A stretch of 60,812 bases of DNA, counting the filler. It is 6 parts of 6 records of this genome, joined end to end, with 100 filler letters (N's around TTAATTAATTAA, not from the genome) between each part and the next. Parts side by side here need not be neighbours in the genome. Positions count along the whole stretch, not along the records: positions 17,319 to 32,897 come from SRR2962707_4965; 5 more parts are not named here. One strand, 5' to 3'. Every line of letters begins with the position of its first letter. Within the stretch, counting starts at the first letter, position 1. Positions 19,212 to 28,356 of the stretch are shown here, piece after piece. The translations under genes and the position numbers were made by a program. The notes under the pieces were generated by a model. The model saw only the letters and a program-made list of their open reading frames with translations, was not told where the DNA came from and searched no databases.

Positions 19212-19979
19212 CTAAACCTTGATCCACACGGGGGCGTGGTCGCTGGCGCCGTCTTTGCCGCGCACTGACTTGTCGACACCTGCGGACTTGAGTTTGCCGA
19301 TGAGAGGGTGGCTCAGAAGGAGGTGGTCGAGGCGAAGGCCGGCGTTGCGGGGCCAGCGGTTTCGCATGTAGTCCCAGAACGTATAGACGGTCTCCTCGCC
19401 GAACTTCTGGCGGATGGCGTCCGACCAGCCTTGCGCGACAAGGCGCCTGAACAGGTCCCGGGCCTCCGGTGTCACAAGCGCGTTGTCCTTGTAGGATGTC
19501 GTTTCGTACATGTCGCGCGGTTCGGGTACGATGTTGTAGTCGCCTGCGAGCACCACCGGCAGGCCGGTCGCCCACAAATCCTGCGCATGGTCCAACAGGC
19601 GCTGGGTCCATTTGAGCTTGTAATCGAACTTCGGGCCGGGGCGCGGATTGCCGTTGGGCGCATAAAGGCAACCGATCAGAATGCCGTTGACGGCAGCCTC
19701 GATATAGCGGGCCTGCTTATCGCCGGCATCGCCCGGGAGTGTATCGCGGGTGAGCACCGGCTCGGCATCCCGCGCCAGGATGGCGACGCCGTTCCAGCTC
19801 GATTCTCCCTTCCAAACCGCCCCGTAGCCGGCATCTTCGAGTGCCCGGGCGGGAAACTGGCGCTGGCTGGCCTTGAGCTCCTGCAGGCAAACGACGTCCG
19901 GCGCGTTGTCGGCCAGCCAGTCCATGAGGTTGGGCAGCCGCCTGTTGATGCCGTTGATGTTGAAGGTGGCAATTTTCAC
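19212..19979 (-). CDS. xth: Exodeoxyribonuclease III / AP endonuclease
   Basis: KIATFNING, CLQELK, GDYN, RLDH, SDHAP; GTGA overlap with upstream gene. Confidence 0.94.
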   Translation of the reverse strand: MKIATFNINGINRRLPNLMDWLADNAPDVVCLQELKASQRQFPARALEDAGYGAVWKGESSWNGVAILARDAEPVLTRDTLPGDAGDKQARYIEAAVNGILIGCLYAPNGNPRPGPKFDYKLKWTQRLLDHAQDLWATGLPVVLAGDYNIVPEPRDMYETTSYKDNALVTPEARDLFRRLVAQGWSDAIRQKFGEETVYTFWDYMRNRWPRNAGLRLDHLLLSHPLIGKLKSAGVDKSVRGKDGASDHAPVWIKV

Positions 19980-20620
19980 GGGGTGAGACGGAGCGCCCAC
20001 GCTTGTGTGGCCGTGCCGATCGCCTTGAGGTGATCTGACGCCGACAGCCCGGAAATCGATTTGCGCGGCTTGAGGTCGTGATCCCCGTCTTCGAGCCAGA
20101 CGACTTCTATGGCGGGCGACAGCGTATAGCCCGAGACTTCGGCAAGGACGCCGAACGGGTCGCGCGTGCCCTGGAAAATCAGGGTCGGCGTACGGAGCTG
20201 CTCGAGATGCGCAGTGCGCAATTGTTCAGGTTTGCCGGGCGGGTGGAATGGATAGCCAAGACAAACGAGCCCGGCAATCCGGCCCGCCGCGAACAGCTCG
20301 TCGGCCACCATGCTGGCCACGCGCCCGCCCATCGACTTGCCGCCAATGATGAGCGGGCCTGACGTGGGACCCAGATCGTCGACGGCAGCCAGAAATTCGG
20401 GCATGACGCGCTCGGCGCGAGGTGGGGGCTTTCGGCCCGCCTCGGTTCGTCGGGCGGCCATATACCCAAATTCGAAACGGGCAACCCTTAGCTTTTCTTC
20501 TACAAGGGACTTGGTCACTGCAGTCATGGCGGCGGAGTCCATGGGCGCACCGGCGCCATGCGCCAGGAGAACGGTGGCACGCGCATCCTCGGGACCGTCA
20601 AACAGGAACTGGGTGGTCAT
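19976..20620 (-). CDS. Alpha/beta hydrolase (KANL3/Tex30-like)
   Basis: AHGAGA, GKSMGG, QGTRD, GDH triad; ATGA overlap with TPR gene. Confidence 0.88.
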   Translation of the reverse strand: MTTQFLFDGPEDARATVLLAHGAGAPMDSAAMTAVTKSLVEEKLRVARFEFGYMAARRTEAGRKPPPRAERVMPEFLAAVDDLGPTSGPLIIGGKSMGGRVASMVADELFAAGRIAGLVCLGYPFHPPGKPEQLRTAHLEQLRTPTLIFQGTRDPFGVLAEVSGYTLSPAIEVVWLEDGDHDLKPRKSISGLSASDHLKAIGTATQAWALRLTP

Positions 20621-21690
20621 CCGACCTGGCTCTGGGCTTGTGCAACGACGGCAAGTCCGGCACGGGCCCGCCGCGCCCAATCGGTATCGGTATCGAGTTC
20701 GAGATAGCGTCGCCAGCTGGCGGCTGCCGCCGGCAGATCGCCCATTTCGTAATCGAGCGCGGCGAGATTGTAGATGGCATCGGCATAGGCCGGATCGATT
20801 GCGATGGCCCGCGTGAGGTGATCGCGGGCAACAGTGTTCCGACCGAGCTCGCGCAATACGCCGGCGCAGTTGAACCATGATTCCACAAGGGCCGGATCGC
20901 GTTTGAGGGCGGTGGCATAGGCCAAGGCCGCACCGTTCAAGTCATCGACTTCCCGCAGGCAGTTGCCCTGGTTGAAGGGCGCAGTGGCATCGCTTGCGTC
21001 GATGGCGGCGCAATGGGCATAGAGCGTCGCCGCTTCGGCAAACAGCCCGGCGTGTTCGGCAGCTTCGGCGTGACTGAAATAGTCTTCGGCTTCATCGGTG
21101 TCGGGGGGCAGATCGAGCAGTCTCTGGCCGTCGAGTTCGGCCAGGGAGTGATCGTCCAGCGCCAGTATCCGGTCGCCCCGAGCCGCGAGGGTCAGCGCGG
21201 TGAGCGAGCCGACCGGGCCCACGGCGTGCACGGCGCGGGCGATGTCGTGCCAGCCGGCACCCGAGGCGACAAGGCCGGCATATTTTTTGGCCAGGATGAG
21301 GTCCCGAAAGGAAAACGGCTCTCTGTCGTGCTCGAAAGTGTCAAACAGCGCGAGCATGTCGAAATTGGATTCCGAGAGCCCTGACTGGTCCAGTATCGAG
21401 CGGCGGGTGAGCGGGCCGTTGGGCTGTGCAGCAAAAACGTCCATGTGCCGCATGAGCCCGTTTTCGCTGCGGACGTCGCCGATTGCGGAACGCGCAGCGG
21501 CAACGCGATCCTCGATTTCCGCCGCACCCTGCCGGGACAACAGGCTGCGGCAAAAAACGGCCATTGTGGTGCCGCGCGGCAGACCGCGGTGCATGCGGGC
21601 GCCGCGCTCGGCTACGCGGCGAGCTGCCGCGCGGAGCGGAAACGCCTTGAGCGCTCCGACGATGCCTATGCTCGTGCCACTGAGATCCAT
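20617..21690 (-). CDS. TPR protein with putative N-terminal BRCT and MerR-like HTH
   Basis: C-terminal TPRs (APFNQGNCL, SWFNCAGVL, AIYNLAAL); N-terminal domains inferred from pattern. Confidence 0.75.
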   Translation of the reverse strand: MDLSGTSIGIVGALKAFPLRAAARRVAERGARMHRGLPRGTTMAVFCRSLLSRQGAAEIEDRVAAARSAIGDVRSENGLMRHMDVFAAQPNGPLTRRSILDQSGLSESNFDMLALFDTFEHDREPFSFRDLILAKKYAGLVASGAGWHDIARAVHAVGPVGSLTALTLAARGDRILALDDHSLAELDGQRLLDLPPDTDEAEDYFSHAEAAEHAGLFAEAATLYAHCAAIDASDATAPFNQGNCLREVDDLNGAALAYATALKRDPALVESWFNCAGVLRELGRNTVARDHLTRAIAIDPAYADAIYNLAALDYEMGDLPAAAASWRRYLELDTDTDWARRARAGLAVVAQAQSQVG

Positions 21691-21696
21691 GCGGAC

Positions 21697-22614
21697 CTAT
21701 GCCTTCTTTCTCGGCGCCGCCTTGGACCTTGTTGTCTTGCTCGCCTCGAGCGCCGCCTTGAGCGAAGTTTTGGCGGGCGATTCCTTTGCGGCAGGGGCCG
21801 ACTTGCCCGCTGCTGTCTTGCCCTTGCTGCGGGCTGCGGGCTTGGCCTCGCCGAGGCTGGCTTTGAGCGCGTCCATCAGATTGATGACGTTGCCGCGATC
21901 GGGCGCAGCAGCGACGATGGGTTTGTGCCCTTTGAGCTTTTCCTTGATCATGGACATGAGGGCGACTTCGTAGCGGTCCTCATAGGCCTTGGGATCAAAC
22001 TCGGTTACCTTTTGCTCGATCAGCTTTTCAGCCAGTTCGAGCATTTCGGTTTCCGGTTCGCCGGCCGGGATATTGGAGAAATATTCAGTGGTGCCACGCA
22101 CCTCGTTGGGATTGCGCAGCGTGGTGATGAACATGCCGTTCTCACGTGCGCCGATGGTGACGATCCGCTCGCGGCTCGAAAGAACCAACCGGGCGATCGC
22201 GACACGGCCACTGCGGCGCATAGCCTCGCGCAGCACGATGAATGTCTCTTCGGCCATGGCCCCATCGGGCGCCAGGTAATAAGGCGCGTCCTGATAGAGG
22301 GCGTCGATCTCGTCTTCGTTCACGAAAGCCTCGATATTGAGGGTATGATTGGACTCGATGCGCACGGCCGCAAGATCGTCTTCGTCGATGATCACGTATT
22401 GCTTGGGCTCATACTCGTAGCCCTTGACCAGATCGCTACGCTCCACCAGCCCCAGTTCAGGATCGACCGGCTTCATGTTGATCCGGTTGTGGGTGTCCTT
22501 GTGAAGCTGATTGAAGCTGATCCTGTCCGACGTGCTTGTCGCGGGGAACATCTTTACCGCGCACGACACCAGACTCAGACGCAGGTGCCCTTTCCAACTG
22601 GCCCGTGGAGCCAT
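21697..22614 (-). CDS. ku: NHEJ protein Ku
   Basis: WKGHLRLSLVSCAV, LVKGYE, PYYLAP, YEDRY, VINLMDALKASL, basic tail. Confidence 0.96.
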   Translation of the reverse strand: MAPRASWKGHLRLSLVSCAVKMFPATSTSDRISFNQLHKDTHNRINMKPVDPELGLVERSDLVKGYEYEPKQYVIIDEDDLAAVRIESNHTLNIEAFVNEDEIDALYQDAPYYLAPDGAMAEETFIVLREAMRRSGRVAIARLVLSSRERIVTIGARENGMFITTLRNPNEVRGTTEYFSNIPAGEPETEMLELAEKLIEQKVTEFDPKAYEDRYEVALMSMIKEKLKGHKPIVAAAPDRGNVINLMDALKASLGEAKPAARSKGKTAAGKSAPAAKESPAKTSLKAALEASKTTRSKAAPRKKA

Positions 22615-22657
22615 AGTCGCCTCCTACTCGAAATACTCTTGGCACGATCTCGAATAA

Positions 22658-25087
22658 TCATGCCGGCAAATTCCGCGAGGACTCGTTAATGTCTGCCCAC
22701 GGGTCGCCGGACATCGTTAATAATCTCGGAAGCGTAGAGTAATTGAGGTCCTGCGGAGAGTCGATAGACTCCAGATCGTGCCAATAAAGGGGCGTAGAGA
22801 CGGGTAGGTGCGTGCGGGCGCGCAGCGAGTATACCGCGACGGCCGTCGCGCTGCGGGCGTTGCGATGGTAATCGATGAAGATGCGGCCCTTGCGGTTTTC
22901 CGCACCCATTACAGTGACGAAGGTGTCGCGCCCGGTCTGGGCGAGCGCCGCTGCGACGCGCGCGCTGGCGGCATGCGCCTGTTTCCAGCCCAGTTTGCGC
23001 GTGATGGGAACCACGATGTGAACCCCCTTGCCGCCCGATGTCTTGACGAACGGCACCAGGCCCATCGCCTCGAGTTCGCCGCGCAGATGCACAGCCGCGT
23101 TGACGACGTCGCGCCAGGTCACGCCCTCTCCGGGGTCGAGGTCGAATATGATGCGATCGGGGCGATCGAGATGGTCGACATGGGTGCCCCAGGCATGAAA
23201 TTCGACGGCCCCGAACTGGGCCAGCGCCAGATAGGCGCGGGTGTCACTCACGGCAATAAATGTCTGCTTTTCGCCCTCGGAATTGGCAGTTTCGACACTG
23301 GTGAGCGTTGCAGGCATGCCGGTGAAGGGATGACGCTGAAAAAAGCAATCAGCCGATTTGCCGGTGGGGCACCGGAACAGCGAAACCGGGCGCCCGAACA
23401 GGTGCGGCAGCATGAAATCGCCGATCCCGGCATAATAAACGGCGATGTCGAGCTTGGTGGGGCCGCTCCTGCCGAACAGACGGCGGGTGGGATTGGTGAC
23501 CCAGATGCCAGCCAGGTCCGCATCCGTCACAATGCGTTTGCGCGGTGCCGGCGGCTGGTGCGATAGACTGGCTTCCCGCAGCCCCTTGAACACGGCATGG
23601 CGCAGCTTACCGTCGGAGGTCATTGCGCCATACTGGATGCGTGCGGTGAGCACTGGTTTGACGGCCACGACCTCGCGGGGGGCGCCCTCGATCCTGTCGC
23701 CGCTTTCGAGCGCGCGCAGGCGGTCGAGCAGGTCGGCCATGCCTGCGGCGTCAAAGCCCGTTCCAACCTTGCCGCGATAGACCAGATCGTCGCCTACCCA
23801 TTCGGCCGCCGCTATCGCTCCGATGCCGCCGGCTTGAGGTGATGGCGTATAACCGGCGATCACGAAGTCACCGGTCTGGGGCGCCTTGACCTTGATCCAG
23901 GTGCTGGCGCGGCCGCCCGTGTACGCGCTGTCCGCCCGCTTGGACACGATGCCCTCGAGGCCGAGATCAGTCGCTTTCTCGAACAGGGCCTCGCCGTCCT
24001 TGGCCACATGATCGCTGTATTGGAGGGCCGGGCTCGCGCCCGTCAGCAACTGTTCGAGCAGCGCCTTGCGGTCGTTGAGCGCCACGCTGCGCAGGTCCCA
24101 GCCGTCAAGATAGAGCACATCGAAAGCATAAAAGACGAGATTGCCGGGGCGCCCGTCGGCAAGGGCCGCTTGCAAGAGACCGAACCGGCTGACCCCGGCG
24201 TCGTCGAGCACGACGATTTCGCCATCGATCACCGCATTGTGGCAGGGGAGCGCCGAGAGCATTTCGGGCAGATCGCCATAGCGCCGCGTCCAATCGAGCC
24301 CACCGCGCGTCGCTATCCGGGTGTTGCCCGCCTCGATATAGGCAAGGCTGCGATAGCCGTCGAATTTGATTTCGTGCAGCCAGTGCGCCGTCCTGGTGCT
24401 TTGTGGCGGCGCAGCGGCGGCTGTTGCCAATTGCAGCGAGAGCTTTTGCGGCATCGCCGCTTGAAGTGCGCCCTTGAGTTTGCCGGGCTTGAGGGTGCGG
24501 CGGCGTTTCGGGGCAGCGGGTGGCGGCAGCAGGCCTTCGATGCGGCGGCCCGACTTAACGCTTTCGGGGCGCTCGGTCAGGATGTCGCCCTCGGTGTCCA
24601 TGGACTGGTCATGCTCCTTGAAGAGCAGCCAGTTCGTCTTGTCCTTGTCCTCGGGGCGGCCCTTAAGCCGCGTGAGCATCCACCCGCCGTTGAGTTTTTG
24701 CCCTGCGAGGCGGAACTTGAAGGCGCCCTTGGCGATGTCAGTTTCGGGATCGCCCATCGGTGCCCAGGTTCCCGTATCCCAGACGATCATGGGTCCGCCG
24801 CCGTATTCCCCGGCGGGGATCAAACCCTCGAAGTCGATATAATCGATGGGGTGGTCTTCGGTCGCGACTGCGAGCCTCTTGTCTGCAGGGTTGAGCGAGG
24901 GCCCCTTGGGAACAGCCCAACTCTTGAGCACACCATTGAGTTCGAGCCGGAGATCGTAATGATCGGCCGTGGCATGATGCTTGTGAACGACGAAGCGAAA
25001 CGTGTCCTGCCCCTCTGCGCCGAACGGCTCACCGGTCCGCGAAAAATCGCGTTTCTTTCTGTAACGGTCGAGCTTATCCGGTGCCAT
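22658..25087 (-). CDS. ligD: DNA ligase D (phosphoesterase-ligase-polymerase)
   Basis: HYDLRLE (PE), EIKFDGYR and EGIVSK (ligase), FDLDPG and KTSGGKGVH (primase-polymerase). Confidence 0.96.
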   Translation of the reverse strand: MAPDKLDRYRKKRDFSRTGEPFGAEGQDTFRFVVHKHHATADHYDLRLELNGVLKSWAVPKGPSLNPADKRLAVATEDHPIDYIDFEGLIPAGEYGGGPMIVWDTGTWAPMGDPETDIAKGAFKFRLAGQKLNGGWMLTRLKGRPEDKDKTNWLLFKEHDQSMDTEGDILTERPESVKSGRRIEGLLPPPAAPKRRRTLKPGKLKGALQAAMPQKLSLQLATAAAAPPQSTRTAHWLHEIKFDGYRSLAYIEAGNTRIATRGGLDWTRRYGDLPEMLSALPCHNAVIDGEIVVLDDAGVSRFGLLQAALADGRPGNLVFYAFDVLYLDGWDLRSVALNDRKALLEQLLTGASPALQYSDHVAKDGEALFEKATDLGLEGIVSKRADSAYTGGRASTWIKVKAPQTGDFVIAGYTPSPQAGGIGAIAAAEWVGDDLVYRGKVGTGFDAAGMADLLDRLRALESGDRIEGAPREVVAVKPVLTARIQYGAMTSDGKLRHAVFKGLREASLSHQPPAPRKRIVTDADLAGIWVTNPTRRLFGRSGPTKLDIAVYYAGIGDFMLPHLFGRPVSLFRCPTGKSADCFFQRHPFTGMPATLTSVETANSEGEKQTFIAVSDTRAYLALAQFGAVEFHAWGTHVDHLDRPDRIIFDLDPGEGVTWRDVVNAAVHLRGELEAMGLVPFVKTSGGKGVHIVVPITRKLGWKQAHAASARVAAALAQTGRDTFVTVMGAENRKGRIFIDYHRNARSATAVAVYSLRARTHLPVSTPLYWHDLESIDSPQDLNYSTLPRLLTMSGDPWADINESSRNLPA

Positions 25088-25226
25088 GCACAATAAACGC
25101 AGAAAGTCGGAACTGACTCCAGTGTCAGCATTGCGGATACTTTTTCAATCAGTTTCACGGCCTCAGGTGTCCGCCAGGGCGCCGCAGATGATGTTGAAGG
25201 ACGGCAGCGGGCTGTACTGCGCGCCG

Positions 25227-26084
25227 TCACAGGCCGATCCGTATGCCGTCATGGCCTACGATAAGGGGGCCGTCCCAATGGCCCGCGACGGCATCCTGCC
25301 AGTCCTTGACGCCGTAGTCCGGATCGTCCGAGGGGATCAGGTGCGACAGGGCAAGGCGCCTGACGCCGGCCTTGGTGGCAATCCTGGCCGCGTCATGTGC
25401 GAAGGTGTGCGAGCGAAGCCAATGCGCCATGAGCTTGTCAGAACCATTGCCCACGCGCGCCATGAGTGCCGGCAGGGCGGCTTCGAGCATGGCTTCGTGG
25501 ATCAACAGATCGGCGCCCCGGGCAAAGTCTTCGAGCGCTTTGATAGGAGCGGTATCGCCGGAGAACACGACATGGGTCCGGTCGGTCCTGAACGAGAAGG
25601 CGAAACAATCGACCAGCGGCGGATGTTCGGTGCGGATCGCCGTGACCGAAACACCGCCCCGGGCCATGACCGTACCCTCGTCGAGCACGTGGATCGCGAC
25701 GAGGTTCCGCAAGTCGGGCCTGCCCTCGTCCTCGATCCGCAGGTCGATATCGGCCTTCATTGAGGCAAGGAAGCTATCCCAGTAGGCGTCGAGTCCTGCG
25801 GGGCCGTAGAGGTCCACATCGGTCTTGAGCCCGGCGGTCCAGGCGGTGTGCAGGAGCGGCCCGAGTTCGAGGTAATGATCCGAATGCATATGACTGACAA
25901 AGATCAGCGACAGATCTTTCAGTTGCATCCCCTGCCCGACAAGCCCGCGGGTCACGCCCAGACCACAATCCACCACGATCTGCTGGCCGTTGAGGCAAAG
26001 CAGGTTCGCCGTCGGCATCGACGACCCGGGCCGGATCGCAGGACCGCCCTTGGTGCCCAGAAGCGCGACATAATCTTCTGTCAT
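25227..26084 (-). CDS. MBL-fold hydrolase, RNase Z/arylsulfatase-like
   Basis: LLGTKGGP, HMHSDH, SGDT, HEA, LSHLIP. Confidence 0.88.
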   Translation of the reverse strand: MTEDYVALLGTKGGPAIRPGSSMPTANLLCLNGQQIVVDCGLGVTRGLVGQGMQLKDLSLIFVSHMHSDHYLELGPLLHTAWTAGLKTDVDLYGPAGLDAYWDSFLASMKADIDLRIEDEGRPDLRNLVAIHVLDEGTVMARGGVSVTAIRTEHPPLVDCFAFSFRTDRTHVVFSGDTAPIKALEDFARGADLLIHEAMLEAALPALMARVGNGSDKLMAHWLRSHTFAHDAARIATKAGVRRLALSHLIPSDDPDYGVKDWQDAVAGHWDGPLIVGHDGIRIGL

Positions 26085-26093
26085 GTTGCCCTC

Positions 26094-27440
26094 TCAGACG
26101 GCTGCAAAACCAGCGTCGAGCGCCGACAGGATGGTGTCTGCGTCCCGCTCGGTGAGTACAAGCGGGGGTGACAGGATAAGGTTGGGGCCGGAGATACGGA
26201 CCATGGCGCCGCTCTGATAGGCAACTTCGTGGACCGTCGTGGCGGTGATGGCGTCGATGGGCTTTCTGGTTGCGCGGTCGCTAACCATTTCGATGGCAGT
26301 CATCAGGCCGTAACCGCCTCGCACGTCGCCGATGATGTCGTATTTTTCCCGAAGTTTGAGGCAGCCCTGATAGAGCTGGGTGCCGCGCGCGGCTGCGTTC
26401 TCAACGACGTTCAGGCGCTTGGTTTCGGCGAGGCAAGCCAAGGCGGCGGCGGCGCCCACCGGGTGACCGGAATAGGTATATCCATGGCCGATCCTGGCGG
26501 CAGGGTTGTTCTCGAACACTTCGATCATCCTGTCGCCCAGCATCACGGCACCAAAGGGGAAATAGCCGTTGGTGATGGCCTTGGCCGTGCACATCATGTC
26601 TGGTTGGACGCCCCAGAGCCGCGCTCCGGACCATGCACCCGTGCGGCCATAGGCGGTGATCACCTCATCGGCGATCAGCAAGATGCCGTTGCGGTTACAT
26701 ATCTCCTGAACCATGGGGGCAAAGGACTTGTGAGGCGGGATGACGCCACCGGCCCCGAGGATCGGCTCCATGATCATGGCAGCAATGGTGTTGGTCCCCT
26801 GGAACGCGATTTCATCCTCAAGGGCGGCGGCGCAGAGTTGGGCCAGCCTCTCGGGGTTCGTCTCGTTGAACGGGTTGCGGTAAGTATAGGGCGCGGGGAT
26901 GTGATAGCAGCCGGGCAGAAGCGGCTCATAGGCATTGCGGAAGTTCGCATTGCCGTTCACCGACGCGCCGCCGATATGTGTGCCGTGATAGCCCTTCTTG
27001 AGGCTGAGGAACTTGGTGCGACCCGCTTCGCCGCGCAGCTTGTGATATTGGCGGGCGAGGCGCAGCGCAGTTTCCACGCTGTCTGACCCGCCGGATGTAA
27101 AGAATGCGCGGGATAGGCCGTCGGGCGCGAAAAACTCGCCTAGTTCATAAGATAGCTCAATCGCCACGTCGTTGCTGGTGCCACGGAATGTCGAATAATA
27201 GGGCAGCTTGTCGAGTTGAGCCGCAATCGCATCTTTGACCGGCTGACAGGAATACCCAAGGTTCACGTTCCACAGGCCCCCGACAGCGTCGACGACCGTG
27301 TGTCCGTCGATGTCGGTAATGGTGACGCCATCCGATCCGGTGATGATCCTGGGCGGCTGGTCGATACTGTCTTGCGGCGATGTCATCGGGTGCCACATCA
27401 GGCGGCCGTTGTACTCCTTGAGAAAATTTGAGTCTTTCAC
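26094..27440 (-). CDS. Class III (omega-amine) aminotransferase
   Basis: SGGSDSVE, GYHG, ADEVITAYGRTG, TAKAIT. Confidence 0.93.
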   Translation of the reverse strand: MKDSNFLKEYNGRLMWHPMTSPQDSIDQPPRIITGSDGVTITDIDGHTVVDAVGGLWNVNLGYSCQPVKDAIAAQLDKLPYYSTFRGTSNDVAIELSYELGEFFAPDGLSRAFFTSGGSDSVETALRLARQYHKLRGEAGRTKFLSLKKGYHGTHIGGASVNGNANFRNAYEPLLPGCYHIPAPYTYRNPFNETNPERLAQLCAAALEDEIAFQGTNTIAAMIMEPILGAGGVIPPHKSFAPMVQEICNRNGILLIADEVITAYGRTGAWSGARLWGVQPDMMCTAKAITNGYFPFGAVMLGDRMIEVFENNPAARIGHGYTYSGHPVGAAAALACLAETKRLNVVENAAARGTQLYQGCLKLREKYDIIGDVRGGYGLMTAIEMVSDRATRKPIDAITATTVHEVAYQSGAMVRISGPNLILSPPLVLTERDADTILSALDAGFAAV

Positions 27441-28246
27441 GATACGGTTTCCAGTGCGGGCGTTTGTGACAGAGACCTGGCCCAGGCGGCTTCGACATTG
27501 GCCGGTAGGGTGCCGCCCCAGTTGCGGGTAATTTCACGACTGGCGGCGGCCAGATTGGTCTTGATTTTGTGTTCCAGTTCCGGCGTGAAACGCGATGCCA
27601 CGCTGGCTACTGAAACGGCCCCCGCGATCAGGCCGGAATGGTCGAACACCGGCGCGGAAATGGCGTGAATTTCTGCTTCGAAGCTCTGATTGGCGCGGCC
27701 AAATCCGGTTTCCCGGATGGCGGCGATCACGGCAGCCAAATCTTCCCGCGTGACTGGGGTGGCTGACGTGAACCTCTCTAGATTTGCCGCCGCGACCTCA
27801 AAAAGGGCCTCCGGCCCAAAAGCCAATACGCAGACGCCCGAGGCGGTCGCGTGCAGCGGGAAAGTGCTGATGTCGACGATTGCGCGTGTGCCGTGCTCGG
27901 GGGATTCGCAAGAGGCCAGCGCATAGAGGGTTGAACCGGACAAGACCGTGGCATGCGCCGTTTCGCCTGTTGTCCGGGCGAGCATTGTCAGTGCGGCAAG
28001 CGCCCCTTCTTTTCGTGGCACCGTGGCTTCGCGTACCTGCGCCAGCTGCATGACGGCCGGGCCAAGGCGATAGTGTCTGGTCGCCGGATTCTGCTCAACA
28101 AAACCAGCGGCCTCAAGAGCTTGCATGTGCCGATAGGTCGTCGCCTTGTCCCGTCCTGCAAGGCGGCACAGCTGTGACAGGCCGATCTCTGGCCTGGTGG
28201 GCGAGAAGCAGGACAAGAACGCCAGCGCCTTAGTGACAGTGGACAT
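27437..28246 (-). CDS. IclR family regulator
   Basis: STVTKAL...KATTYR HTH, PLHATASG, ISAPVF; GAGGTGG RBS. Confidence 0.92.
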   Translation of the reverse strand: MSTVTKALAFLSCFSPTRPEIGLSQLCRLAGRDKATTYRHMQALEAAGFVEQNPATRHYRLGPAVMQLAQVREATVPRKEGALAALTMLARTTGETAHATVLSGSTLYALASCESPEHGTRAIVDISTFPLHATASGVCVLAFGPEALFEVAAANLERFTSATPVTREDLAAVIAAIRETGFGRANQSFEAEIHAISAPVFDHSGLIAGAVSVASVASRFTPELEHKIKTNLAAASREITRNWGGTLPANVEAAWARSLSQTPALETVS

Positions 28247-28356
28247 CGAGACCACCTCATTTCGTTGGGTTTCCAAAAAGCGTTTGACACAATATATTTA
28301 ACAAGGCAACTTTTATTTAGAAACATCGGTTCGAAATGCGATCCGTTTAAGAGGAA

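Noticed and set aside
25163-25226. Possible gene remnant (DGAQYSPLPSFNIICGALADT*) between ligD and the MBL gene
   Set aside because: Too short and no recognisable family
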